A DNA stretch of 63,166 bases, the filler included, from Chrysochromulina tobinii (lineage: Eukaryota), in assembly GCA_001275005.1 (NCBI GenBank). It is 9 parts of 9 records of this genome, joined end to end, with 100 filler letters (N's around TTAATTAATTAA, not from the genome) between each part and the next. Parts side by side here need not be neighbours in the genome. Positions count along the whole stretch, not along the records: positions 18,151 to 34,529 come from JWZX01000869.1; 8 more parts are not named here. One strand, given 5' to 3'. Positions 22,804 through 34,629 of this stretch are shown here, in pieces. The notes below the pieces were generated by a model that worked only from the letters and a program-made list of their open reading frames with translations, did no database searches and was not told the DNA's origin. Numbering within the stretch: the stretch's first letter is position 1; every line of letters starts with the position of its first letter. The position numbers and the translations under genes are program-made.

Positions 22804-25026
22804 TCAATGCTGGATCTCAACATGCAGGCGGCGGCGCAGGTTGGTGGGGCGAAGGGCCTTCCACATGTCGCACTGCGTCTTCTGCAAATTGACCACCGGC
22901 CCAACGCCTTCGCCGTCGTCAGTGTATTTTGATCTCCTGAAGGCTTCGACGCCCGCCACAACGCCACTCGCTTGCATGGAGCCCTTGAGTGCGCTCGTAT
23001 CGAGGATCATGGTCCTCTCCTCTCCTTTGGCCAGCGGCGGCCAGCGCGGCGGCGTCACGCCCCCAACGCAGCCACCCTCGTCGGCGCTCGGGTTGCCGTG
23101 GTGGATGAAGTTGCGCCAGTAGCAGCCCATCAACAGTGAAAGGGTCCGCTCGGCGTCGGTCGAGAGCTCAAACTGATCTCCAAAGACGAAGGGCACCTCC
23201 GCGCCATGGAAGGCCCCGTACAGTGGCAGTGAATGCGGATCCATATTGATCGATTGGGCGGGGGCGTGGGCAAAGTGGTAGACGAAGATCGGCGCCAGAT
23301 CGGACGCCTCGTCGGCAGTGGTCGCGTCGGCGTCGGTTGCGTGCGCATCCGCCCAACGGTCCCGAAGAGCACGCGCCGCCTCACGCACAGGGCACACAAT
23401 CGCCACATCGCCCAGAGCCCGGCTGGCGGCTAGGCCACCGCCCCACGCGCCCGCGGACAGCCCCGCGCAGTAGGGCAACGGCTTGGCGAGCTGCTGGTAC
23501 GCGGCGGCGATCGTGGGTGCGTCGGCGGCGCAAAAGTACTGCGCGCACCAGCTCAAGAACTGAGTGGAGCTTGCGTTGCATGCAATGGGCGGCGCAAGGT
23601 GGTCGATGAGGAACATCGTCCCTTCATCCTTGTTGGCGCCCATCATCACCTGAAGATCGGAGGCACTCGATGGCAATCAGTGGTACTCAGTGGCAATCAG
23701 TGGCACTCAGTGGTACTCAGTGGTCCACAGTGAAAGGCAATCAGTGTCGGCGCTCCTCATCACCGGAAGATGGGGAGGTGTCTGGCCACTCCCCACAAGC
23801 TCGATGAAGGGCGCACTGAAGGTGACGCCGTCCACGACAGGGCCGTACGAGTCCTGCGCGTTCGTGTCGGAGCGCGGCACCAGAAAAGTCGCCATGATCA
23901 GCTGCGACGCGTTCGCCTGCAGAAGGCAATTGACGCCGTCGGAGCCGCCGACGGATCGCTTCATGCGGACTGAGAGCATCGAGGCCGGGCCTGGGCCTAG
24001 GACCGACATGTCGGCGATGTTCGTGTCGGCGTGCAGTGTGATGGTCGGCACGCCTGTGCGGTTGTCGATGGCGAGCGCGAAGCACGTTGCGTTCGCGTCG
24101 CAGCGCTGCTCGCAGCTGGCCACCTCGGTACTCTTGCACGGCTCAGCGACGACTTGCAAATGCGCAGAGTAGAGCGATGCAGCCTCGATGTTGACGTAGC
24201 CGTCGCCCGCAAAGGCACAGCCCGGCGACTTTGCATGCGCGAGGTACGAGAGCACGTACTCGTTGTTCAGCGCCGCGTCCCCAAAAGGCTTCACCTGCGT
24301 CAGGCCTGGGGACTGAAGCACCGCTCGGTGGAAATAAGGCCAGCTCGACGGCAACGTCATGTGAGCGATGACGGAGGTGCCGCCAGAGCTCTCGCCCATG
24401 ATGGTCACGCGGCTGGGGTCGCCGCCGAATGCGCCGATGTGCGCGTGCACCCAGCGTAGCGCCATCTGCTGGTCCATGATACCGTTGTTTCCCACAGCTC
24501 CGTCGTCGGGAGACAGGGCACGAAGGGCGTCGGACGCCGCGTACCCAAAGATACCGAGGCGCGAGGCGGGCGTCACAAGCACGACATCGTCTGCAAAGAA
24601 GGGGACGTCGCTCTCGAGGTCGCTCGCCGCGCCGTACAGAAACTCGCCCGCGTGAAAGTAGACGAGCACGGGATACAAGGAATTTGACAACGACTCGGGA
24701 GGCGCGACCACATTCAGGAAGAGGCAATTTTCGCTCATGTTCATGGCATTCTCCATTGACGGCCACGACCCTCCTGGTTGCATGCAGATTGGCATAGAGG
24801 CTGTCGCGTTTCGTGTGCTCGGCTTCCAGTTCGTCGTCCACTCGCGAGGTGCCCGGAAGCGTAGATCCTTGCCGACGGGTGGCTCCGCATATGGAATGCC
24901 TCGAAAGTATCGGCGGCCTTGGGCATCAACCTTCCCATGGAGCCGTCCGAATGGCAACCACGCGTACGTATCCTGGTCGAACGCGTTGAACAGCGCCAGA
25001 AGCGACGCGATGAAAACGTGTTGCAT
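22804..25026 (-). CDS. Type-B carboxylesterase/cholinesterase family, secreted
   Basis: Exons 25026-23764 and 23649-22804; FRGIPYAEPPVG, SENCLFLNV, FGGDPSRVTIMGESSGG (nucleophile Ser), GANKDEG (acid), FHGAEVPFVFG (His). Confidence 0.93.
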
Positions 25027-25222
25027 TTTCGAACGAGGAAAAGTGTGGGGACCTTGACTTGGTTCCCAGTTGCCATTCGGAGCGTCCGGTCGCCGCGTCG
25101 GCGTCCCCATCGCGTGCGACGGCTCGGCGCCACGTACATGTATATGTCAGAACGGTCCGAAACCCAAGGAAAGTGTGACATTCACAGGACCAGTCACATC
25201 TCTCTCGCGCTCCTCGGCGGAG

Positions 25223-26464
25223 ATGGCTGACCCGCCGATCTCGGGAAAGCGTAAGGCAGGAGACGAAGCGCCGAGCGTCGAGCCAGAGCGCGTTGCCGCC
25301 GCTTGCTCGTGCGTTGGCACGCGGCCCACGCAAGAGGACCGGTACTGCTTGATCAACAATGGGTGGGCAGACATTCCAAACTCAGCCGGCTGGCCTCCGT
25401 GCCGATTTTATGGTGTTTTCGACGGGCACAACGGCCCCGGGGCGTCGACGCTCGTCGCGACGCTGCTGTGGAGCCAGGTGCAGTCCAGGCTTGTCAGTTT
25501 GCTGCGCGAAGTGCCCAGCATGCCCTCGGGCGCTGCTCTTGAGAAGGTGATCCGGGACGCATTCGCTGCCACAGAGGCGCACTTGTGCGAGGAGGAGAGT
25601 GTGAGCACGAGCGGCTGCACGGCCACGTGCGCCCTGGTGCTTGGCGACGTGCTCGTCGTTGCCAACCTCGGCGACAGCCGCACCGTGCTGTGCCATGGGG
25701 AGCGTTTGCTTTGGCAGTCGGTGGATCACAAGCCGGGCACGGCGTCGGAGAAGGCCCGTATCGAGGCTGCGGGCGGGCACGTGTCGCTGACGCATGCGCG
25801 GGGCCAAATCAATGTTCCACGCCTCAACGGCGTGCTCTCAGTCTCACGGTCTCTTGGTGACGCCGAGTTCAAAGCGGCCGGCATCATGTCAGTGGGAGAG
25901 TCGATCGGTCGCGCCCACTACGGCGCTGCCTATGACGGCGCTGCCCATGACGGCGCTGATCATGACGGCGCTGTGGCCGGCATCATGTCAGTGGGAAAGC
26001 CGCTGGGTGGCATCGAGCCGTTGGGCGCGGGGCCAGGCGCTGAGGACGCTGCCCCCGACGGCGGTGTCCATGACTGCTCGGCGCCTACGCCGCTGGTGGC
26101 GGTGCCTTCGTCGCCGACAAGCGATCGGTGCGCCGCCGGCGCTCTGTCGGCGGAGCCCGACGTGGCCATTCGACAGGTGGCCGCCGGCGCTCTGTCGGCG
26201 GAGCCCGACGTGACCATTCGACAGGTGGCCGAGTTTGATTCGTTCTTGCTCCTTGCAAGCGACGGTCTCTGGGACGTGATCAACAGCCAGTCCGCCGTCG
26301 GCATCGCGCTCGAGCAGCTCCAGAAGCGATGGCCGCGGATGACGATCCAGCAGCGCAGCCAGGCGGCGTGCGATAAGCTCGTGCGCAACGCGCTGCAGTG
26401 CGGGCACTGCATGGACAACGTGACGGTTCTGCTCGTAATGCTCTGTGACGACGTCTTGTCATGA
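25223..26464 (+). CDS. PP2C/PPM protein phosphatase with insertion
   Basis: RPTQEDR, GVFDGHNG, SGCTA, VANLGDSR, DHKP, LSVSRSLGD, LLASDGLWD, DNVTV motifs. Confidence 0.93.
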   Translation: MADPPISGKRKAGDEAPSVEPERVAAACSCVGTRPTQEDRYCLINNGWADIPNSAGWPPCRFYGVFDGHNGPGASTLVATLLWSQVQSRLVSLLREVPSMPSGAALEKVIRDAFAATEAHLCEEESVSTSGCTATCALVLGDVLVVANLGDSRTVLCHGERLLWQSVDHKPGTASEKARIEAAGGHVSLTHARGQINVPRLNGVLSVSRSLGDAEFKAAGIMSVGESIGRAHYGAAYDGAAHDGADHDGAVAGIMSVGKPLGGIEPLGAGPGAEDAAPDGGVHDCSAPTPLVAVPSSPTSDRCAAGALSAEPDVAIRQVAAGALSAEPDVTIRQVAEFDSFLLLASDGLWDVINSQSAVGIALEQLQKRWPRMTIQQRSQAACDKLVRNALQCGHCMDNVTVLLVMLCDDVLS

Positions 26465-26983
26465 CACGGGCGTGGACGCGCGTCGGCACTGCAATAAAGC
26501 GCCACTAAAATCGTGCGCCCTTCCGACCCGCCGAGGCCCGAGCGTCTCCGTTCCTCCCAGTCCTCCACCAGCCGTGCACATCAAGTCATCAACGCCATAC
26601 GATGATAGAACTACCGTAAGCAAAAGTCTCCCAGTCCTAGTCCTCCACCAGGCTCGTGCCAATTGGCTCGTGCACATCTAATCGGTCCGTAATCATGTCG
26701 ATGTCCGTAATGTCCGTAATCCGACATCAAGTCATCAACGCCGCACCAAGAACGCCACACGATGATAGAACTCGTGAGCAGAAGTTTTCCATTTCGCCGT
26801 TTCGGCGCCGTCGTGGCGTATTCGTCGTGTTGGGGCCTCCGTTCATACATGTAGCGATAGGGGCCATCGTGCTTGTGTCCGAAGCGTTGTGTTGAACAAA
26901 ATCGAGGTGGCCACGGTCGTCCTGCTCTCCTGACCCCGAAGGCACAGTGGAGACGCACCCGATCGTCGGAGGCGCCACGCAGC

Positions 26984-28253
26984 ATGGCCCTCGCACGATT
27001 GCACTCGCTCTGTCGATGCGCAGCGTCATCCTCGCTCGCAGTGGCGCTGCCTCGAGCACGTCTTTCGCCGCAGCTTGCTGGCCCGAGTCGCAGCCTGTGC
27101 ACTGCCGTCTTTGACGTGAAGCGTCTGTGGAGTCCAACGAGCCAGCGCGTCGGCGCAATCGGCATGAAATGTGGCATGTCTCAAGCGTGGGCGGCAAATG
27201 GAACGCGGGTACCAGTCACCGTCATCGAGCTTCAGGACTGCCAGGTGGTCAAGGTGCGCCGCGCCATGAGCGACGGGCTCAATGCTCTGCAAGTTGCTGC
27301 TGGCTGGCAGAAGCGTAAGCGGATGCGAATTGACGAGGCGAACCATTTCATCACCAAGGGTCTGCCACTGAAGCGATACATGCGCGAGTTCGCGGTGACG
27401 GGTGCGCGCACACCGCGGCAGCAGCCTGCCCTGCACTTCGGCGCGCCTCTGGATGAGTGGCCTCGCGGGCTGCCTGCGCACTCACCACCGCGCCACTGCT
27501 GCGCCACCGTGTGAGCAGAGGACGCTCTGCTGCCCGTCGGCACCACGATCGGCGCGCGGCATTTCGTGCCGGGCCAGTACGTCGACGTGCAGTCGAAGAC
27601 CAAAGGCAAGGGCTTCGCTGGAGGGATGAAACGGTGGGGCTTCAAGGGGCAGCCTGCGTCACACGGAGCGTCTCTCTCTCACCGCTCCATCGGAGCTTTG
27701 AACGGCTCGACCGGCAACCTGATGAAGACGAACGTCTGGAAGGGCAAGAAGATGCCGGGGCGCATGGGCGGCAAGCGCGCGACGATGGAGGGGCTCCTCG
27801 TGTGGAAGGTGGGCAGGGCCTCTGATGTCCCCTGATGACGCTCTTGATGGCCTCTGATGGCCTCTTGATGGCCACGTGATGGCCTCTGACTGGTTCGGGC
27901 TGCTCGTGTGCCAGGTGCTCCCCACAAATCGGAGTGCCTCTTATGACCTCTGATTGCCTCTAATGACCTCTGTAATGACCTCTGATTGTCTCGTGTGCCA
28001 GGTGCTCCCCAAGTACAACATCATCCTCCTCAAGGGCTCCGTGCCCGGATGCACGGGCACCACCGTGCGCATACGCGACTCCAACCACCCGAAGCTCGGG
28101 TTCAAATCGCCTCCACCCTTCCCCACCTTCCTGCCGAGCGATGCGAAGGAGGGCGACGACGAGAAGGAGTTGCTCTGCGCCGAAGCGCTCGAGCTGCCCG
28201 CCGTCAAGGGTGCCAAGGAAGTGAACCCAGGCAAAGCCGGCAAGAAAGCGTGA
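26984..28253 (+). CDS. MRPL3: Organellar (likely mitochondrial) ribosomal protein uL3
   Basis: Exons 26984-27401, 27519-27808, 28002-28253; GMKCGMSQ, GQYVDVQSKTKGKGFAGGMKRWGFKGQPASHG, KGKKMPGRMG, LLKGSVPG; Arg/Ser/Ala-rich presequence. Confidence 0.93.
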
Positions 28254-28726
28254 CACGACATACCGTAGCTGATCTTCGGCTTCGTGGTCCGTTCGTTCTT
28301 CGAGCACCGCTTCTCCTATATCGTCTACGAATCCAAGAAAGTATCCAAGAAAGTAGAGGACACTAAGAAAGTAACGTAATTACTAATTTGTATTGGTTGT
28401 GTGTGGATCGCTGCTGTGGGCTGTGTAGTTATTTCCAAATTTGGCAGCTTCTTGATTCGGCATTCTCAATAGGGTCCTGACCCGGTTTCTGGTTGAGTGT
28501 ATCACGCAGGAGCCAGGGAGGTGACCGGCGACCACGGGACGCGCCGACCAGGGGTCGGAGCAGGGGCGCGAGGGTACACACTAAGCGAGTCCATCTCCAA
28601 GTGAATCTCCGGCTGCCCGGCCCACTATCTCGTCCGACGCGGGTACCGGTACCGTTGATGAAGGGCACATTCAGCTGCCAGCTCGTCCGATACACTCAAG
28701 ACCGGTACTCAAGAGGAAGGGCGAAA

Positions 28727-29632
28727 TCATCGAGCTTTCTTGCCCATGCCTTCAGGGCCTCGCAAGAGCTTTCGGACAATGTACTGCACCACGGCATAGA
28801 GCGCCTCGAGCGGCAGCACCACGGGGAAGCCGATGATGCGAACGTACTTCCATAGCGCCGCCCGCCGTGCCAGCGCCAGCGCCTCCGACTCCTCCTGCAT
28901 CTGATGCACACTGACCGTCTGCAGCTTGCCGCCAAACAGCACCCGCTGGCGCTCCTTCTCTTTCTGCTCGAGGGCCTTGAGCTTGGCGTACGCGTCGCGC
29001 AGGTTGGCGCCGCCGCCGCCGCCACCCGCCGCCGTGCCGCCGCTCGCGCTGAGCCGTTTGGCCTCGTCGAGCGCGGTGCGCGCGCCAGCAAGGTCCTGCT
29101 GCAGCATGAGCACCTGTGCGCGCCGGAAGAAGGCCTTGGCCTCCTTGGGACGCGCCTTGAGCACCTCGTCGATGGCGAGCAGCGCGTGATCGAGCGAGCC
29201 GTCGGGCAGCGCCGGGTTGCCGTCCTCGTACATGCGCACGATGCATGCGACCAGGTTGAGCTTGCACGGCACCTGGATGCCGTGCGCCTGCTCCTTGTGA
29301 TGGTCGAGCAGGTCGTACATCTGCATCTCGTCGAAGACGCAATGGTAGATGGCGCGCTTGTAGCGGCGCAGAGCGAGCTCCCACTCGGACGCCTTGAAGT
29401 GTGCGTTGCCCTCCGTCTTGTGCACCTCCGCCTCCTCAAGCCTCGATTCGAAGATGTAGCCGCGCTCGTCGCGCTCCCAGTCGTGCACCGGTGTAATCTG
29501 CCACATCTCGGGCGGCGGCGGCGGCTCATCAGGCCATCGGATGATGTCCGGGTCGAGCGGAGGCTTTACCGCCGGATCGGAGGCCTCGGGCGCGGAGGGC
29601 TCGAGCAAAGCAGTGGACGGCACGTCGGCCAT
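28727..29632 (-). CDS. TPR co-chaperone (FKBP/cyclophilin-type TPR, no PPIase domain) with hydrophobic C-tail
   Basis: KTEGNAHFKASEWELALRRYKRAI, CKLNLVAC, KAFFRRAQV motifs; C-terminal IIGFPVVLPLEALYAVVQYIV. Confidence 0.85.
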   Translation of the reverse strand: MADVPSTALLEPSAPEASDPAVKPPLDPDIIRWPDEPPPPPEMWQITPVHDWERDERGYIFESRLEEAEVHKTEGNAHFKASEWELALRRYKRAIYHCVFDEMQMYDLLDHHKEQAHGIQVPCKLNLVACIVRMYEDGNPALPDGSLDHALLAIDEVLKARPKEAKAFFRRAQVLMLQQDLAGARTALDEAKRLSASGGTAAGGGGGGANLRDAYAKLKALEQKEKERQRVLFGGKLQTVSVHQMQEESEALALARRAALWKYVRIIGFPVVLPLEALYAVVQYIVRKLLRGPEGMGKKAR

Positions 29633-29807
29633 ATTCTCCGTAGGCGAGAATCTCACACTACGCAACGCGCACTGTGAACGTTACATGTAAAACGACGGAC
29701 GCGACAACCGGTGCTACGGCACTGTTACTGCCCGCCATAGCCCCGAGATCAAAGAAACACGCGCACTCCCTCGTTTCGTGAATTGCGATCGCCATCCCAC
29801 TCCAGCC

Positions 29808-30120
29808 ATGGTACGCGTCGCCCTGAAAGCCTCGATCCCCTCTGGTGCCTGGCACGCCACATCAGCCTGCGACCCCCACGCCTCTGACGGCTTGGCCTGC
29901 TGTGGCTCTCTCCGCATCGCAGGGCAAGGTCCACGGTTCGCTCGCTCGTGCGGGCAAGGTGCGTGGTCAGACACCGAAGGTCGCGAAGGGTGAGAAGAAG
30001 AAGAAGGAGACTGGCCGCGCCAAGAAGAGGCTGCAGTACAACCGTCGGTTCGTGAACGTGGTCGTGGGTGTTGGCAAGAAGAAGGGACCCAACACGCAGC
30101 CGCTCGGCAAGATGGGCTAA
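29808..30120 (+). CDS. RPS30: Cytosolic 40S ribosomal protein eS30
   Basis: ATG 29808-29810, intron 29811-29922, exon 29923-30120: [23 protein letters not shown]...[12 protein letters not shown]. Confidence 0.97.
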
Positions 30121-30850
30121 GCTGGTGCGCGCTGATGAATGCCGCACACGCTGCGCAGCCTGGCCTGAGGGGTGGCCTGAGAGGGGACAGACGTACGGCG
30201 CTTCGCGGTGGCTTGGGATGTGGCGAGCAGTGCAGCCCCTTTTTTGACCAGCACCAGCGGAGTGCGAAGCGACGGCGACGCGACGCGCTCACAGCCCCAG
30301 CACTGCGTCGCCACTTGACGCAAACCGCTGCCCCTCCCCGCCGCAGGTTGCGCTTACCGCTGCTGCTGCTGCTAGGGCTCATGCATGGTTCCGGACAGCC
30401 GGCGTACGTCTTTTGTTGCCGGCCCTGGTGTTTGCGTGCGATCATTCATTTCGGCCGCTCTCATTCATCAGCGATCAGGCTGCCTCGGTTTGTACTAGAC
30501 GGGGGCGTGCGGAGCCTGTGTATGTCCGGGGCGACCAAATATCTGCAGAGAGTCAAATATTCGTCACTTTGTTGATATGAGATATCAAGATATCAGATAA
30601 AACAGATCACGCCGGCATGCGAGCCGCCACTTCGCTGGGCGTGCTGAACAGACCCCCCCTGCTCGACAAAGTAACCAGAACCGAGGAGTCCGCAGGAACG
30701 AAGGCGAATGAAGACCCGGCGGGGGGGGAGCCGCGATCTCTCGCCCCGCCCGGGCGCGAGCTGACCGGCCAGCACGGCGCGCGAGGGACTCGCGGCCCGG
30801 AGCTCCTCGGTGTCGCGCCATACGTATCATGAGGTGCGTCGACAGCGCGC

Positions 30851-32335
30851 TCACCAAGGGTTACTGCTGTCCCACAGTTCCATCGGCGACCTCCTCGAGC
30901 TGCCGTGCGCACGCGCAGAGCTCGCGCAGCTCTCGTCCACTCTCGGCCAGCCATCTGCGACGATCGCGCGCCATGCCGCAGCGAACAGCGCTGCATGCAA
31001 GCTGGCGCTCATCAAGCTGCCACTCGAAGGCGTCGCATGCGCGGCGGCCGACGCAGCGACGCCGCCCGGCCTCGGTGCGCTCGGCTCGATGAGCGATCGG
31101 GCCGAGGGCGGCGCGGGCTTGTAGCCGCGCAGCGCGACGACGACGGCAGTGACGTTGTCGAGCGAGCCCGCCACAAAGGCCGAATGTGTGAGCAGGTTTG
31201 CCGCCTCTTGCGGCGACGAAGCTGACTGCACTATCTGGACCACCTGCTCGTTGTCGAAGACATCGAAGACGCCGTCCGAGGCTAGCACGACGAACTCGTC
31301 CGTATCCTCGAGCTGCACGGTGGAGATATCAGGCTCGGCCGAGACGTAGGGCTTGAGGAACAGGTCGCCGATCGCGCGCGACATTGCGAGGATACCCATC
31401 GCACGCCAGCATCCAATATGCGACACGAAGCCGCCCAACGCCTCGATGCGCCGCCGTTCGGCCTCGAGCTCCGGCTTGTGATCCTGTGTGATCGAGATGG
31501 TCTCGCCGCCCGCTCGGCAGAGCACCCCGCGCGAGTCGCCCACGTGCGCGACCGTGAGCGTCTTCGCCTCGACCAGCGCCACCACCGCCGTTGTCCCATC
31601 ACGCAGCCCCTCTCGCCCGGCCACCATGATGAAGTCGGCCTCGCAATCGCGAAACGCTTCGTGCAGCGCTTTGGCGAGGTCACGCGCTTTAAAATGGGAC
31701 GATCGCGTCAGGTAGCCCTGCATGCGCTCCGCGCAAAAAATCGCCGCGCGCTGCGGGGAATAGGCCAAAGCCCACGTGGCACGCACCGGTAAGGGAGGCG
31801 CGTGTGAGCGCCAAGGCGGGACGCGCAAGGCAAGGACGGCGCCTGGCGCAGATAGGCATGCGCGGCCGTCGGCAGGGCTGGCTACAGCTGCTGTGCTGCG
31901 GCTGCGTGAGTCAGCCACAGGGTCGCCTAGCAAGCCGCTCGCTCGCTTCGGTCTGGTCGGCAGCCGCCGGGCCAAAATCAACAGCAGCAGATCTCGCCGG
32001 GTTGGGCTGGAGCTCACCGCGCCGCCGTGCCCGTCGTAGACGGCGTAAAGAGCGCAATCTGGATGTCCAGGCAGTCGATCACAGGCATGCAAGCTGCGAA
32101 TGCGCCGAGACGCGCGGCGTGTCAGCTCAGGAAGTGTGGTCCAGCGGGCAGATTTGCCATGCTGCCTCTGGCGGCCGGCGGGCTGGACGGGCTGCATCGC
32201 GAGCGCGCACCGGTCCTCCTGGTTCGGCCGGCGACCCTGGATGGAACTCGACCCGTACCTGGCAGGCGCTGCCTTCCTCGTGCCCAGCCAGCTCGTGGTC
32301 AGCGGCAGGGCGACTCCCAGCAAAGCCCTCGACAT
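30851..32335 (-). CDS. PP2C/PPM protein phosphatase
   Basis: Exons 32335-32211, 32093-32018, 31750-30851; GRRPNQEDR, AVYDGHGG, DGTTA, AHVGDSR, DHKP, AMSRAIGD, LASDGVFD, DNVTA. Start codon uncertain. Confidence 0.92.
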   Translation of the reverse strand: MSRALLGVALPLTTSWLGTRKAAPARYGSSSIQGRRPNQEDRCALAMQPVQPAGRQRQHGKSARWTTLPELTRRASRRIRSLHACDRLPGHPDCALYAVYDGHGGAVSSSPTRRDLLLLILARRLPTRPKRASGLLGDPVADSRSRSTAAVASPADGRACLSAPGAVLALRVPPWRSHAPPLPVRATWALAYSPQRAAIFCAERMQGYLTRSSHFKARDLAKALHEAFRDCEADFIMVAGREGLRDGTTAVVALVEAKTLTVAHVGDSRGVLCRAGGETISITQDHKPELEAERRRIEALGGFVSHIGCWRAMGILAMSRAIGDLFLKPYVSAEPDISTVQLEDTDEFVVLASDGVFDVFDNEQVVQIVQSASSPQEAANLLTHSAFVAGSLDNVTAVVVALRGYKPAPPSARSLIEPSAPRPGGVAASAAAHATPSSGSLMSASLHAALFAAAWRAIVADGWPRVDESCASSARAHGSSRRSPMELWDSSNPW

Positions 32336-32506
32336 GGGTCCGTCAATCGAGATCTTTGCGGAAAATCTCCGATTACTAGTCACCATCCGGTCTAGTGGTG
32401 ACGCGTTTTTGATGTATGATGCAGGTGCGTGGGCGCGCACGCGGCTCGTTCATCGGCATGATCCTGATGAGACGTGGAATTATTGACGGCCTACCGGCCG
32501 GTGCGA

Positions 32507-34529
32507 ATGCGGGCGGCCCCACTGCCTCCCATGCCGACCGAGACGGCTCCGGTGCCTCCCATGTCACCCTCTGCGGCGGTACTCCGCGAGCTGCAGGACG
32601 CGCAGAAGGAGCTACAGCAGACGCGCTCGGTCGTCGCTGCGGCGCGACTGCGCTCGTGCCTGCGCACGCGACGCGCTCTCGCCCTCTCGAACGCGTGGGC
32701 CACATGGCAGCAGGCGTCGCTCTCGTCCGCCGCGTCCAACGTTACGGAGCCGCTGCTGCGTGAGCTCACCGTGATGCGCGAGGAGGTCTCTGCCTCGCGC
32801 GACCGCGGCCAAGTGATCCGTGAGCTGCGCAAGCAGATCAACGAGGCGCGCGAGGCTGACGAGGAGCTGCAGCGACGGCGCGATGAGCAGTCGCGGCTCG
32901 AAGAGGTGGAGCGCAAGCGGCTTGAGCGTGCGCTTGCGGAGAGCCAATCCGCACTCGCGGAGAGCCAATCCGAGGTCGCTGCGCTGCGCGAGGAGGTCGA
33001 CCACGCCGCGGCGACGCTCCGGGAGGGCTTTGCCGAGGCGGCGACGCAGGGCGCGCGGCTTGCGGCCGAGGAGCACGGGCGTCAGATGATCACCGGGCGA
33101 CTGCGTGCGCTGCTGTACGCGGCCGAGGCAACGCGGCTGACGGCGGCGCTGCATGAGTGGGCGCGCTCCGCGCGCGCCATCGGCGTCGACGACGAGCGAC
33201 GGCGGCTGCTCAAGCGCGACACGGACCTCGCGCACGAAACGTACCTCGCGCGCCGGAAGCTTGACAGCACGACGGCCGAGCTCGCGCGCTTCCGGGCGAC
33301 GAGCGAGGCGCGCGAACGCGAGATGCAGCGCGAGGCTTCCGCCCTCCGTTCTGCCCTCCTCGCCGCCGCCCCCGCTCCCTTTGCCTCGCTCTCGGGTATG
33401 ATCTCGGGCCCCGGAGATATAATCTCGGGTATGATCTCGGGCCCCGGAGGCGCCACGCCCTCCACACCGTTGCACGACTACCCGCCGCCGCCGCCGCCGC
33501 CGTGGATGGACAGCCCGCCCCCGCCGCTGCCGCCGCTGCCGTCGGCGGCGGCACCAGCGACGCTCCCGCTGCCGCCCGCGATCACGCCCGCACCGCCGCC
33601 CCAGTGGCCGCCCCCGAGCGTGCCGCTGCCGCAGGACTCCGCCCAGTGGTGTCAGCCGCTCACGCCCGCACCGCCGCCGACCATTGGGACGGATGACGAG
33701 AGCGACGCGGCCGCGGACGCGCCCAAGTCGCAGTTGCAGCGGCAGCTGCAGCTGCAGCAGCAGCAATGGCAGCTGCAGTTGCAGCTGCAGCAAGAGAAAT
33801 GGCAACAGCTGCAGGAGCAACAGCAGAAGCGGTGGCAGCAGCTGCAGCAGCAGGAGCAGCTGCTGCAGCAGCAGCGACAGGCGCTGCCACATTCACAAGC
33901 TGACCAACATCACCAGTGGCAGCAGCAGCTGCTGCAGCAGCAAGAGGAATGGCAGCAGCTGCTGCTGCAGCAGCAGCAGCAGTGGCAGCAGCAGCAGTGG
34001 CAGCAGCAGCAGTGGCAGCAGCAGCACCACCACCACCACCACCAGCAGCAGCGACAGACGCTGCCACATTCACAAGTGCCGCCGCCACCGCCGCCACCGC
34101 CGCCACCGCCCCAGCCCCCGCCGCCCTCGCAGCTCACTTCTCGACCATTATCTGGGCACCCATATGCGACGATCCCTAATGTAGAAGGGCTGCCTTTCTC
34201 CCTCCCTCCTTCTATGCCACCGCCGCCTCTTGCGACACAACCTGCGTGGCCGCCGCAGGCCGCGAACACTGCGGCCGCAGCCGCAGCCGCAGCCGCAGCC
34301 GCCGCCACCGCCGAGCAGCTCCAGGCGCAAGTCGAGCAGCTGCAGTCCCAGCTCCGCCAGGCCGGCGAGCGAACGAGCGAGCGAGTGAGCGAGCGCCGTC
34401 TTGAGCGCGCGCAGGAGCCGGCAAAGGCGCTCCAGCTGGCAGAGGCGCGTGCGGAGAAGGTGCGTGCGCTCGAGACGGCGCTCAAAGCTGCCGAGGCTCG
34501 TGCGGCGGCTGCCGCGGCCGAGGCGGCGG
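32507..34529 (+). CDS. Coiled-coil protein with Pro-rich and poly-Q/W/H regions; 3'-truncated
   Basis: Long open frame with heptad-rich E/R/A segments and CAG microsatellite. Confidence 0.65.
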
Positions 34530-34629
34530 NNNNNNNNNNNNNNNNNNNNNNNNNNNNNNNNNNNNNNNNNNNNTTAATTAATTAANNNNNNNNNNNNNNN
34601 NNNNNNNNNNNNNNNNNNNNNNNNNNNNN

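Noticed and set aside
26578..26790. Two copies of CATCAAGTCATCAACGCC...ACGATGATAGAACT
   Set aside because: Only a degenerate intergenic duplication; no further structure.
29808..30120. eS30 without ubiquitin-like fusion
   Set aside because: Normal outside animals.
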